A stretch of 64,000 nucleotides of DNA. Origin: the human T2T-CHM13v2.0 reference genome, Homo sapiens. The stretch's first letter is position 1, and every line of letters starts with the position of its first letter. A program made the translations under genes and the position numbers. Where the stretch lies: NCBI RefSeq assembly GCF_009914755.1, contig NC_060942.1. One strand, written 5' to 3'. Shown here one piece after another: positions 1 to 13,700 of this stretch. The notes under the pieces were generated by a model. It did not search any database. It was given only the letters and a program-made list of their open reading frames with translations, and was not told the DNA's origin.

Positions 1-1315
1 TCAGAACCTTAAAACACCCCATCTTCTTAAACAGAGTCACGGAGTCGACTGACTGCTTCTATAGAGATGTCATTTGAGCTTTGCTAAGCAGTAGTTCCAT
101 TAACCATGAAAAGCTCAGGAAAACTGGAATAATGAGGAAAGAAATCAGAGCAAGACCATAAAAGCCCAGTTCATTTCAAGGAGAAAGCAGTAACCATCCC
201 TCCCCACTACATTTTAAATATCACAACGAATTTACGTAACAAACTAAACAATTCACTGAAAGCACACTTTATGTACAACTTTAATTTCTTCCTACTGTGT
301 TCATTACCAAGCTGTTTTCTTTCTTTAGGGAGGATGAGGGGGAAACTTTTAAAAGACTCATTTAACACAGAAGTCAATTTCCACTAATGTATTCTTCATG
401 TGGCATATGTAGTCTTCCAAAGCAGATCTATATATACAAATACACATGTATCAGTATCTTCTTTTATAAGAACAACAGCAATTAGCCCACCCCAAACACA
501 TTATTGCTATTCATATCCTCTAGGGAAAAACATGAATATGAGAACCACCTCATTTATAATAAATGCAAACTGATTAGTATTTCTGATAGAACTGTTTTGT
601 AAAAAACACCTCTAATTGTGAAAAGAATAATGCGACTATTGTATAACCCAGCTTTTACCTTCTAGAAAGTTAGGCAGGGAGTCTTTTTCATGCATTCATC
701 CCTAAGGAAGTAGAAATAAAGTGCTTTGCACCAACTGTTGCTATCAAGTTATATAAGACAGAAAGAGTTGGTACGACATTGCGGTCTTTGTGATTTGGGG
801 TGTGTAAAGGTACCATCAGCTTTCACAGAATCACCAAGGGCTCCCCCGGTCAAGATCCCAAAGTCACCTTTGTACGTGTTCAGTGGAGGGGAGGAAAATA
901 AGAATTTGCACTAGTGTGTAGGAGGCCAAAGTAGAAAAGAGGGAGAGATGAAAACAGGCAACCTGACCGCCTACAAAATATTCATCACAGATTTCAAAGA
1001 AGGCTTTTCTCCTTGAGCTCTTCAGATCATGCCTCAGGTAGGGGGATAGGGGGTTTTAATTGGGAGGAACACATGCCTAGTTAGAAATGGGGAATATAAA
1101 AAACACTACTTACAATTCCTCAAATCTCATTCTGTACATAAAATGTAGCCAGTGGAAGCAGAAGAGGAGACATCTGCACATAGCACACATGCATGCACAG
1201 GCACTCTTAGATTCAAAGCAAGTTGCTACAACCAGCCAGAGAAAATAACAGACATGTGTGCTTAGGCAAAATATAGGTAAGAAACAAAGACATTAAGGGG
1301 AATACACTAAATAGA

Positions 1316-1362
1316 ATACGTACATACATATATATATATATATGTACGTATATATGTATGTA
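1316..1362. repeat. (TA)n-centred palindromic simple repeat
   Basis: atacgtacata-ca(ta)n-tatgtacgtat. Confidence 0.85.
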
Positions 1363-1689
1363 TAGTGAGTTCTAGCTTTAATCAACGCAATCCGCAAAAT
1401 AATTTTCTTTACTATTGAAGAGTTTTCTAATAGCTAGCCCTTGATTAAATCTCCTCAAATGGAACGCAAGTGTTTGGTTATTACAGAATTAGACTGAGCC
1501 AGAATCTGCTACCAGACGGGACTTATCACAGATGTAGAGATCTGAAAAATAACAGATATATATTATAAGCCCTTTCAGAATTCTGGCCCCAAAGGTATCC
1601 ATAAAATATATATTTCTGGCTTAGCTCCATGATTTTTACATATGACCCAGGTACTTTATCTGACTGTTCAAATGTCGGTTGGCACCTTA

Positions 1690-1875
1690 GTCATTTACAG
1701 GGCACTTTTTTGCCTGCATGATCCCATCAGACTCTTGTGATGGTCCAGTGAGGTAGGTGGGAGAATTATTGGCCCTGCTTAATAGATGAGGAAACTGAAA
1801 TTCATACAACTAAATAAGTCAGAGGTAATGAAGATAGAACCAGTAACCAAACTGTCTCTTAGTCTAATGCACTTT
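1690..1875 (-). mobile_element. MIR fragment
   Basis: MIR core-like gtgaggtaggt...attattggccctgcttaatagatgaggaaactga. Confidence 0.65.
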
Positions 1876-3653
1876 GAGGAATTATAGATACATTGTGTCT
1901 TACAATATACAGAATATTGCTTTTATGGTTTACTAATCACAGCATTCTGGCAGTGGCTTTTTTGTTTTTTGTTTGTTTTTTTGTTTGTTTTGGCAATGCC
2001 CTTTAGTCTGCCTTCTAGGCCCCTAAAACAGCACAGCTATTTCTCACTAATCTTTGTCATCAATTCGTTTCCTGGGTTAAATTCCTTCTTCCCAAACACC
2101 TCCCTGTAGACAGGGATCAGAGAAACATGAACTGGGCTTCTCTGTTCCCTAAAGGAAGATGTCCACCAGTCCAAAGAGAGAGAGAACAGCTAATATTTGG
2201 TAACCCACCTGCTAGCAGCACCATTGTTCTTTATTAGCAAACCCATTGCCCTCAATGAGGTGCACCTGGCTTGCTTTTTCTTAACACTCAATCTGCCTTC
2301 AGAGCTGGAGCTCGTAAGAGGCACAGCCTCCCATTCTGCTACAAAAATTCTATAGTCTCCTCAGCTACTTTCTCTATCATTTCTCATTAAAATGATTTAT
2401 TATACAGAAATGAAATGGCATATTGTATTAAATAATTATAAAATAGTTTAAAATTTCTTTTGTACATTTCAATCATGAGTATTTGAGAGGAAGCTGAAAC
2501 CAGTTCTGATGACAGGTGGAAGGTAGTAACTAAGTTAGCATCAATGCATTCACTTCAAACCACTTGAAGAAATGAAGTGTTATTTAGTTTCACAGAGCTG
2601 CAATCTCCAAATACACACATTTGTTCTCAGATGACAGCAGTTCTTCGAATTAACAGTGAAAATATTAAGCCGAAGGAAGACTTTTTGGTTGTCTTGACAG
2701 GTTGACTTGAGTGTTATGCCATCTCATTAAACCAAGCCAAGTAAGGGAAGAAAAGATTGATGAGGCCATAGCCCAGGAGTGAGGTCACCAGCTAAATGTG
2801 ACCGCATAGCAACAAAAGAAGTTTGACTGATAAAGATGTGTCCCCACGGTAGAAGTCCTTTTCCCTAAATGAGTCCTTCAGGTCAAGAAAGGAAATTTGT
2901 TGACTAGATTCTCTTAGCTTGCTCCCATAGGCATGTGACTAATAGCACTTTAAAGTCTGTTGTGAAGGATATAATGATTAACTGACCATTTAAATCCTGG
3001 AAAGGTCACATTAGCAGCCCCTATCAGTGCTTCGGAGCCAAAACAGTAGAGTGTGAAACTTGAAATCCACTGTGAGCTCAGAAAATGATTAAAGTCAGAA
3101 GTGATCCCTGGCTGCTTATAAATGAAGTCCAAGATTTCTAGCATTATCAATAACAGCAGTAGGCACAAGATCATTGTGGGTGACCAAAAAAAAACAAGGT
3201 AGTTGGATTTTCCTATTTTTTTAATAAGCAAAGAAAAGCAGTTGGGCTAATGGAAATATTAGTTATTAGCTGTAAATTTCGTAAATGAATGCTGCTTTTA
3301 AGAGTTTAAGAGCCTGTCTGATCATAAATATTTCAAAGAGCACACTATTAATTCAAACCAATCAATAATACAGTATAACCCTCCAGCTAAGTTACCAATG
3401 AGAAGAAATTTATTCATCAGTTTTATTCCCACCGAATCTATATCCAAAGGTTTGGGATTGATTATAGCAAGATGTGTTGTCTTATTATCAAAATAGTATT
3501 TATTACTCAAACATTTCTAAAGCAATAACCTGTTATGACTTTTTAACTCATTGAGTAGAAAGTTGAATATTTACTGACATTTCTTGAAAACTTGCAACCC
3601 GCCTGCAGGAAAGAATCTGACATCATCACACTGTGTTTTCCTTAACTTGACAG

Positions 3654-3805
3654 GAAGTCAACTTCAAGCAGATTGACTTGAAACGGGATCTCATTTAGGA
3701 AGCATAAGTGTCCAATCAAAAACTGTGTATTTTTTTAAATTTGGAAAATACTCAAGTTCCAGTTGCTTATCATTCTCCTTCACTTTCTGAAAACCTGGCA
3801 ATCCC
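3654..3805 (+). other. CDH20: 5'UTR part of the first coding exon of CDH20
   Basis: Pyrimidine tract and CAG acceptor (tgttttccttaacttgacag|gaag); no ATG between 3654 and 3806. The acceptor position is inferred. Confidence 0.65.
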
Positions 3806-4051
3806 ATGTGGACTTCTGGTAGAATGAGCAATGCAAAGAACTGGCTTGGACTTGGCATGTCCTTGTACTTCTGGGGGCTGATGGACCTTACGACCACCGT
3901 TCTCTCGGACACCCCAACACCACAAGGTGAATTAGAAGCACTCCTGTCAGACAAGCCACAGTCACATCAGCGGACCAAGAGGAGCTGGGTTTGGAACCAG
4001 TTTTTCGTTCTGGAAGAGTACACTGGGACCGACCCTTTGTATGTCGGCAAG
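3806..4051 (+). CDS. CDH20: Cadherin-20 coding exon 1 (signal peptide, short prodomain, furin site, start of EC1)
   Basis: [17 protein letters not shown]...RTKR|[23 protein letters not shown]; the Trp2/Trp4 strand is diagnostic of type II cadherins; donor AAG|gtaaga; 246 nt, phase 0. Confidence 0.96.
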
Positions 4052-4899
4052 GTAAGAAATGCCAAGTAGAAATGACCCGGGTAGTGGATATTGAAATTGA
4101 ATATGAATTGAGTATCAAAGTTGACCTAGCCTTTATCTGAGACCTGAGAAAAACTAGAACAAGTGGTACGTTACTTGACACCTAGCTAAAATGTAACTTC
4201 TGCTTTGTCAGAGACCAGTCTGAAAGGAAAGATTTATTTCCTTGTCCATGTCTCTGGTATGAATGGGAAAAAGTGGGAATTGGGATTTGGAGGAAAAGGC
4301 TCAGACCCTGCAAGAGCTATTCAAGTCCTAAAAGAGGCAGCAGCAGCTGTCTGGGAATGACAGAATGGGGGAGAGGGAAACTTGGAAATACAAGAAGAGT
4401 ACAGAGTTTTTTGCTTTGTGTTTTTGTGGGGTTTTTTTCAGAGCATTTCCAGAGGTATTGCCTGAGGTGCAAATTTAATGAAAAAAATAAAAATAAAACA
4501 TTTTTCATTTCAGAAGATCTTAGCATGTGCTTTAGGATAGTTGGAGACAATAAATATATTTATAAATGTTATATTTGAATTCTCTTGATTTAATCTATCA
4601 TTATTTCATCTTTAATCCTGGATTTTTCCTGTGTTTACTTTATTGGGGTGTTAATTACAGACCATTTTGTGAAAGCAACCAAGTGAGAGAGAATGGGAGA
4701 CAAGAAACTAATTAGAAAATAACTAATTCATTCAAATGGTAACTTAAACGCTTGTTTAGCACAGAGGCTGGGAGCATGGGTTTCAGATTCAAACACAGGT
4801 GGGTTCAAAGCCCAGCCCTGCCAATTATTTCTAGAGGAACTTTGGACAGGTCACCAAGCCCTGCTCATCTCGGCTTCCTCAAATTCGAATGAGATTGAG

Positions 4900-6180
4900 A
4901 GAACTGCTCCTTCTCAAGTGTTGTCTACCCAAGTTCTTTCCCCAGTGTCCACTCACTTCTTAACCCAGGTATCTGGCTTTGGTCCCTACCTCTGACCCAA
5001 AGCTGTGTTTTCATTGCTTCTCAAGACCTCTCTACTGCCCAATCACACCTCCCAGTCACAAACTCAGACACTGCTGACCTGTCTCTCCTTGACTCATTGT
5101 CCTATCTGTGCCATGACCTTCACAATCCCGTTTTTCCTTCTTTTTTCTCAGCCGCGTTTGTGGGTCCTCTCCTTCCACCTGACCCCATTTGTTGGTGGGC
5201 TTGTCAGCTTTGCCCTAGCCTCTTCTCCACACACTCATTCCCTGGGTGGACTCGCCACCTCTGCAGTTTTGAATGCCATGTCTATGCCAATGAATGCAAA
5301 ACCTCTATCTCTGGCTTAGACCACTTTGGGTTATAAATTCTACTGCATATGTGACATCTCCACATCTACTCATAGGCCTTTCCAATGTAGTGTGTCCAGT
5401 AAGAAACTCTTGTTTTTTTTCTCCTAAACGTAGTCTGCCCCAACACCCACCCATCATTTCCTAAAACCAGAGAACTGGGGATCATTCCTCCCTTTCCCCT
5501 GCCCACACATTCTCTCCCTCTGCAAATTCTGCTAGTCCTATGCCAGAATCAACCCCAAATCCTGCATTTCTCTTATCCCTGCTTCCACCATCATCTGTCA
5601 CCTGGGCAAGTACCTAGCCTCCCACCCAGTCTCCTCATGTCCACCTGCACCTCCCTCCCATCTGTTCTCCACCATGGTCTTTTTAAAATTTAAGTCACAT
5701 CATGTCACTCCTCTACTTACGTCTCTTCAATGTTTTCCCACTGTGCATTGAATCCTCCAGACACCTCCCCACAGCTAACAAGACCATCCCTTTCTGGATC
5801 AGCCTGCCTCCTGGCATCCACCCGTGGCCCATGCTACTCTCTCCCTCATTCTCGCGTTGCAGCGGTATGACCTTTGACAGTTCCTACAACCTGTCAAGCA
5901 CTGCCTTTACTGCTCCCCCATAATGAAATGCCCTTCCCCTGGCTTCTCTCATGACTTCCTTGGCCACTCTCTAAGGCAAGCCCCTCTGTTAGACTCTCTT
6001 TCACAGCCCTAATCACAACCACCATATTTGTTTCTTATTTACATGTTTATTGTCTGAAGCCTCTGACTAAAACTAGAAGCTCAATGAAAGCAAGAACATT
6101 GCTCCCATTTTATCCCCAAGGCCTAACACAGCATTTATCTTATAGAAGGTGCTCAAGATGACATTTAATAAATGAATGTC
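4900..6180 (+). mobile_element. L2 LINE 3' fragment
   Basis: C/T-rich decayed L2 sequence ending in gcctaacacagcat...gtgctcaa...taaatgaatg, like the L2 3' terminus; boundaries approximate. Confidence 0.7.
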
Positions 6181-9100
6181 TCACTGTGGAGTAAGGATTA
6201 AATAAGCTAATGCATGTAAAGCACTTTGCACAGTACTTAATCCAGAGTAAAACTTTAATTATCCTTAACCTGTAGTAGTAAATAGTACTATAGTAGCAAT
6301 AGTATTAATAGTGGTAATAGTAACAGCATTTAAGGAGTTCATTATGGGAACTCAACGCTCAGTAATACCTAATGCAGCTGCAAATCCCTTGGCCTCAAAA
6401 CCTGTGACTTTTCATTGACTTCTCCTTTCCTTATCTCCTTTTACCTTCACGTGCAATCGGTCCCCATATCTGCCAATATTTCTGTGCCAGTTTCTCTCGG
6501 ATGCATCTCCTCCTCTCTAGGCTCGGTCATGACCATGATCCTTTGCTCTTCCTGATTAGATTAACTATGCCGGTGCTGCCTGTCTCCCTGTGAAAAGACT
6601 CTTCCCATCCCTCCTCCAGGATGCTCAGCGCATTCCTCTCCCTGAAGCACCCTTTCCATCATGTTGCTCCTCTGATTAAGAAAGCACTACAGTGCTTTTG
6701 AATGCTATCAGAGCTCCTAGCATGCAGTTCAGGGACTTCCTCCTCCCTCACTCAGCCCTCGTGCACAATTTCTCAAATCAGGTCCTCATCCCAATCAAGC
6801 TGGACCTCCTTAACTGGTTCTGCCACACATACCACGTTTGTCCCTGACCCCACATGTGTGCCCACGCTGCTGCCCTGCCCAGGACAGGCCCTGACTTCCG
6901 CTCATCAGGCCACATTCAAATTCCTCAAAGTTTTAGCTTAAAATCAGACAATTCTATCATGAACATATCTTGTATCTACTCAGAATTCCAAAGACTTCTA
7001 GCTTCTCCATATCTATATAACATTTCTTCCAAATAGACATACATGGCCACTGCCAAGTTCAAGAAAAGAGTATGTTTGTATTCAGCAATTTTCAGTAATT
7101 ACTTATGTGCACATAAAATTTAGGGCTCTCTTCCCTCCTCCCAAGGGTAGAAATTGAGACGCCACTCCCCAACTTTGTCTACACCTCCCTGACGCTGAGT
7201 ACTTGGCACAGAACTGGCCACACACAAAGAGTGCAGAAGGGTAGCTCACGTTTTATTGGACTACCACAGTACTATGTGTCGGTCACAATCACATCAAAGC
7301 AGATCATTTAATCATCATAACAATGCTGTGAGGTGAGTATAACACAGGGAACTAGACTCAGAGAGGTTATTTATGTTCATTGCCCAAAGTTAGACCGAAG
7401 GTAGCAGGGAAGCCCAGACTGAAATACACATCACTCCTACCCCAAAGCCCCAGCTTTCATTTACATTGCCTTGTCTGTGGTCAGTGGCTTTAGACTAAGC
7501 CCAGAGGACACACACAGGAGTCAGTGGTGTTTAGGTGGGATCAGGAATCTGAGCCAGGCTGCTTCCTGAACCCTTGATCTCTCACGCTGGGTAGTTCTTA
7601 GCTGTGTAGCACCCTTGCATACTCACAATTAGTGCTCGCCCTTTCCAAATAACCCCAACCAAGATACAAGACACCCATGCATCTCAACAGTCATCTGATC
7701 CAATCCTCATACCAGCAACCAAGCGAAGATTTTTACCCTGCATTAGGTGTGTTACCTCTACATGAAGAAGATAATTATATATTCACTTTTCCCTTTTACT
7801 TTCTTTTGAAAGGGAATTCATCCACTTTCATTCTCTTTACCCAGGGGCATTCTGCTTGTGACCTTGAGCTCCGGAAGATGTCTGTTTAGAGAGCTTGCCA
7901 GAGTATTTGCTTATTTCAGAAAGGAGTATGGCAGCAATTATCAGCTGTAATTGGTATGGCCTTACAAAATCCACACTGGGCTTTCCAGGGACAAGGCAGT
8001 GTCAAGTTAAAGCTAGATTATATTGACATATGCAAAGAGAGGGATGCTGAGAGCTTGTGCACGAATCTGTGGGTCCAAATCATGCCGAGGTTAACAACTA
8101 CATGGAAGCTGCCTAACCACAAACTGTAAGCACTCACTGCATACTCGAAATTACTCAAGGTACTCTGAAAGATGACAAAAGGAGTGAACATCATTCTTGT
8201 TTTTGAAATCCTCAATCAGCTAAGATTCTTCAGGACCTGCTTGTACTTCCCATCACTCACTACTCCCTTGGCTGAAGATCTTAAAAACTAAAGAATGATT
8301 AGGATAAGTGAGACATTCACTTGTCTTATTCTGCCTAAAATATTTTTTTAGGAAGGAAAAAAAACATTTTCCCAAGATGTACGTAACTGTGCTGCTGACT
8401 CTGCTCGGAAGCTTCTTACCTTCCTCCAAATAGCTGGTGCGCAGTCAGTGTTAGTTGAATTAAATATGGGCAAATATAAAACACATTTTTATTACACCGC
8501 CAATTTGCTGAGTGACTTGGAGAAAAGCTGTTAATGTCTGTTCTTTGCCATTTTTGAAACCAAATGTGTATTCTACGGCTGGTAAAGCGGAATATTAAAT
8601 GTGCATTGCTGCACGGGTTATTAAGCTGGTGTCTCTCAGCCCCATGCTCACCTTTCCATACTCTGCTTTGGGTGCTGGGGCTGAAACTCTCCAAGCCGTA
8701 ATTTCTCCTCTTCCAACCATCTCCTCTCCCAGGTAGGTTCTGCCTGCCGGTAGAAGGTACTAGAGGGAGCCCAGGAGGCAGGAGGAGGGAGGAGTGACTT
8801 GCTCCTCATCACACCTACTTCTAAGAGGTCTGAGTCCCAGGGAACAGGGGCACCTCCTCGAAGCTCCTGTGGCCCCAGCCCAAGGAGCAGCACTGCTTCC
8901 TCAGGGGTCTCAGGCCCAGCCTCAAGGGGCTCCCCTCCAAACCTGCAGATGCCAGAATCCCCACCTCCCTCCTGTGTTGCCCCAGCCAGAGGGGCACTGG
9001 CTGTTTTTCCTGGAGCTGCGCTCTCTCTCTGATGCCTCGGGGCTTCCTTCTGGCCTTTCAGCCCTCCACTCCAAATTCTCCCTGCTGAAACCAGGTGTGA

Positions 9101-9224
9101 GTTTTGTTCCCTGACTACACCTAGAACTGATAGGCTTATGGGCCTCAGAAACCACCTCTGTGTAAGTAGATCCTGACATGCTTCAAAGCTGAGATGCTTC
9201 CTGCTTCCCTGGGGCTGTTCTCTA

Positions 9225-9560
9225 CCCGCTCCCCACTCCTTTTCCCTTTCCCCGCCTTCTTCCCTCTCCCCTCCACCCTTCCTCTCCCACCTCTCTCCTC
9301 CCTTCCTCTCTCCCCTCTCTCCTCCCTTCCTCTCTCCTTCTCTCCTCCCTTCCTCTCCCCCTCTCTCCTCCCTTCCTCTCCCCCTCTCTCCTCCCCTCCT
9401 CTCCCCCTCCCTCTCCCCCCCTCCTCCCTTCCTCTCCCCCCTCTATCCCTCTCCCTCCCTTTCCCTTTCCCCCCTTTCTCCCCGCCTTCTCCCTTCCTCT
9501 CCCTTCCTTTCCCTTCCCTCCTTTCTCTCCCCTCCTCCCTTTCTCTCCCCCTCTTCCCCT
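9225..9560. repeat. Polypyrimidine/polypurine (CT-rich) low-complexity tract
   Basis: ~330 nt almost exclusively C/T on the + strand. Confidence 0.95.
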
Positions 9561-11338
9561 GCTCATGTGCACACTTGCACATGCAGACCGGTGCTCCGAA
9601 CCTCCTGGAAAGCTGCTCCTAGCTCTGTTAACCAGGGCTAGCACCATCCATACGGAACTTTCGCCCTCCCCCAGACCCTTCTTCCAACACAGTTTCATTG
9701 CACACTTACAAGACGTCAGGCCCACATCAAGATGAAGGTCACACGGAAAGCGAAGGCCTCACACTCAAGCGTCAGCCCAGACTCCAGGGCACCAGCCAGC
9801 TCCCAGGAGTCAGGGGCGCCCTGTGGTGAGCTCTGCCGCTGTCGCTGTCGTTTCTTAAAGCGCTTAAAGCGCGCTCACCTGCGGCCTGCCGGGATCACAG
9901 GTGTGCTGAATATTTCAAGGATCACGGAACAAACAGTTTTATTTGATAAATAGAGCACCTCGGAACAGTCCTGGGGTGGCCTTTCTGTCAGCTTCTGTTT
10001 TTCCTTCCCTACATCATCAGCAGTGCCCTAAATTAAACCAATTTCATTAAAAGTCCTATGCCACATGCCATAAAATTACATACATACACTGTTATATATA
10101 TAAACATACACCTATATGCATACGTATACATGTTTTTAATTTAAAACACCTTCTGAAATCCTTGTTCTCCCCACACTTCTGTTCCTCTGCCTGAGAACAC
10201 AGGTCCAAATGGAATAGATTTTCATTTGTTTGTGCCCAGGTCCAAATGAAATGCCTTTCTATTCTACACAACAAGAGATGGGCACCTCTACTTTTTTAAC
10301 TGCATAAATAGAAGATTTGGATTGTAAAAAAAAAAAAAAAAGAAAGAAAGAAAGAAAAAAGAAAATACTGTATACGAAATGAGGAAATGTGAGAACTTCA
10401 CATTCTAAATAAAATAAGTAGAAAAAAGCCCACAACTATTTTTTCGGTCAATTTTATTCCCTTATTTCCCTTTCTAGATAAGACGCAGCTGAGTTCCCCT
10501 AGGCAGCAAAACCATTGCCTGCATGATTTGGCCTTGAGTCAATCTGAGATCAGCTCAAAGCCAGCCACAACCTCCAAACCCATCCCTGTCGGAGGCTGTT
10601 GTGGATGCATTTGCAGGTGTTTTATTGGTGTTCATGCTGTTTAATCCTCAGAGTAACACTGTCTCAGCCATGCTTCAGGCGGCCTTCTGCAGCTTTTACC
10701 ATGAGACTGTGCATAACAAAAAAGCCAACAGGTTGTTTTTGCCTCTCTGCCACCCTCCTGGAGGTCTGTAGGGAGTAGAGAAGAGCTGAGTGTGCTAATA
10801 CCCTTTTCTCTATGCACGTGTATCATGGTTGGCCCCATTTATGGCCTTCCTATAATGGGAAAAGCACTGTGCTGGGTGCCTCACGTGCATTAATCTCTAA
10901 TGATCCCAGTGAACCTTCAGAATAAGTATTAGTGCTGTCCTCACACTTATAAGGAAATTAATGGTTATAAACATAAAATAACTCATCAAGGGCCCTGAAT
11001 TTATAGCTGGCCTAGACAGTGTTCAGGCCAGATATATTGGCCTCCCTGCCCCAAGCCTAATCCTGGCTGTTTTATCAAATAATCTCATGAACTTCACCCT
11101 GGACTATGCAAAGTGTTAACAACCCAGGCAACAATGGAGTGGCTGACTAAATTTAACTAACTGTTTTGTTACCACCTTTAGAAAGAGACCATTACCTATA
11201 GGGTTGCTCAAAATTACAGGGTTCTTGCCACCCATACATACTATCTGCAATTAATTAGATATTACAGATGCAGAAATATGTTTATAGGCCTGAGATTTTA
11301 AAAATATAGTACTCCTGGACTCCTTTTGAGAGTTATTA

Positions 11339-11714
<376 letters not shown>

Positions 11715-12404
11715 TTAAGTGACTCAGTTATGAACCCAAGAACCAGTCCCATCTAAAGGAGACACACACCGATGTAAAGAATCATAACCAGCAGTTAAAT
11801 TCCATTTGACACCTGAAACACAAGCCCAGTCCTACCGAATGAAACTACAGAACTAGGATCACAGAATGGGAGGAAGAATCCACGGAGGTCATTCACTTTT
11901 CTCACTGCAGTGCCCTTAACCTTTTTATAAACTACTTCCATCAGCTTATCAGCCAACTTGAATTGTCATAAAACTGTTTGATACTCCAAAACTTACGGCA
12001 ATTTCTTCATTTTAACACGTTTAGGCTTATCCATTTTATTTTTATTTTTCTTAAGTGGAAAGGCAGGAATCCTCCTTATTAAATTTGTTCTTATTCTAAC
12101 ATTGGGGATCTTCACTTTCCAGAGTTCCTGTTTTCCATACTTATCAGGGAGAAGAATTTTGTTTAAATAATGGTAAGTTCAGGATACAGAATGGGACATG
12201 GAAAATTTTACTTAATCAACCTACACCCACTCCTTGATACAATCGTGTCCAATGCATACTAGTTCTTTGTCGACAAACTTATTAAACATTTGAAAAATCT
12301 CCTTATGTAAAGGGAGGTTATAAGTTTGTAACAAACTGAAAATCAATGTGTTTTCTGACACCTGTTGACATTCATGATGAGAATTAGGTGCTTTCCTCTC
12401 CCAG

Positions 12405-12699
12405 CTTCATTCAGATATGGACAGGGGAGACGGATCCATCAAATACATCCTCTCGGGAGAAGGTGCTGGCATCGTGTTTACCATCGACGACACCACTGGA
12501 GACATCCACGCCATTCAGAGGCTCGACCGAGAGGAAAGAGCCCAGTATACTCTAAGGGCTCAAGCCCTAGACAGGCGGACGGGCAGGCCAATGGAGCCCG
12601 AGTCAGAGTTCATCATCAAAATTCAAGACATCAATGACAATGAGCCCAAGTTCCTGGACGGACCTTATGTGGCCACTGTGCCAGAAATGTCCCCTGTGG
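12405..12699 (+). CDS. CDH20: CDH20 coding exon 2 (EC1 to start of EC2)
   Basis: ctcccag|CTTCATTCAGAT ([10 protein letters not shown]...LDRE...DINDNEPKF...EMSPV) G|gtaagg; 295 nt. Confidence 0.97.
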
Positions 12700-13031
12700 G
12701 TAAGGTGGTGACTCGCTGATTTTCACAAATAGCACCTCCTATATATATACACACACACACACATATGCACATGCACACACACATGTAGATACACATATAT
12801 TCAGAACAGGAGAGCATGAGAGGAGAAGCTCACCAATTATAAAGCAACCAAAAATGACGACCAAGCCCTTTGGCTGGCAGGAAGCTATATAGACATTGGA
12901 ATCAACCAGAGCAAGTAATAATAATAAGCCTATTAATGTTTTTTAGTTCTGATTCTTTAAAAACAAAATATTAGCTAGACAGATTTGTTTCATAAGGGAG
13001 AAATATTTTGTTATTATCAAAAGAGCAATAG

Positions 13032-13316
13032 GGTTAGGCGCGGTGGCTCACGCCTGTAATCCTAGAACTTTGGGAGGCTGAGGCAGGTGGATCACAAGGT
13101 CAGGAGATCCTGGCCAACATGGTGAAACCCCGTCTCTACTAAATACCCTGTCTCTACTAAAACACCAAAAAAATTAGCCTGGTGTGGTGGTGCGCACCTA
13201 TAGTCCCAGCTACTCAGGAGGCTGAGGCAGGGGAATCACTTGAACCCGGGAGGTGGAGATTTCAGTGAGCTGAGATCACGCCACTGCACTCCAGCCTGGC
13301 GACAGAGTGAGACTCC

Positions 13317-13347
<31 letters not shown>
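13032..13347 (+). mobile_element. AluSc-like element with internal deletion and duplication
   Basis: Dimer; gcctggcgacag diagnostic; TSD-like aaaagagcaat / aaaagcaat. Confidence 0.92.
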
Positions 13348-13351
<4 letters not shown>

Positions 13352-13580
13352 TGAAGAGCCCAAAGGCTGTGTCCTTATCAGTCATTCAGAATTTAAAGCA
13401 CAAATAACTCTTATCCCTACTAAACAGGTACAAGATAAGAGTTATGGAAGCTTGACCTAGAAAGGGGACTCTCCCAATGAAGCAAACACATTTGCAAATG
13501 CTTTAAGATGGACCGCTCAGGATTGCATCCAGCCTTTAGCTATTAGACTTGAACAGGTTTCTACCTCTTCTCTTCCCCAG

Positions 13581-13700
13581 GTACCTCCGTCATCCAAGTG
13601 ACAGCCACAGATGCAGATGACCCGACCTACGGCAACAGTGCCAGGGTGGTGTACAGCATTCTTCAGGGCCAGCCATATTTTTCTGTGGACTCTAAAACAG
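13581..13700 (+). CDS. CDH20: CDH20 coding exon 3 (EC2); absent from the ORF track
   Basis: ttccccag|GTACCTCC ([40 protein letters not shown]) G|gtatct; 120 nt, phase 1-1. Confidence 0.96.

Noticed and set aside
1-3653. CDH20 core promoter / CpG island
   Set aside because: No CpG island, and the first coding exon is preceded by a splice acceptor, so the main promoter is probably upstream of the window.
3691-4181. Antisense ORFs overlapping the first coding exon
   Set aside because: Shadow frames of the cadherin exon with no independent support.
9145-9725. ORFs of 142-167 aa on both strands
   Set aside because: Stop-free only because of the C/T low-complexity tract; P/S/L or G/E/R compositional artefacts.
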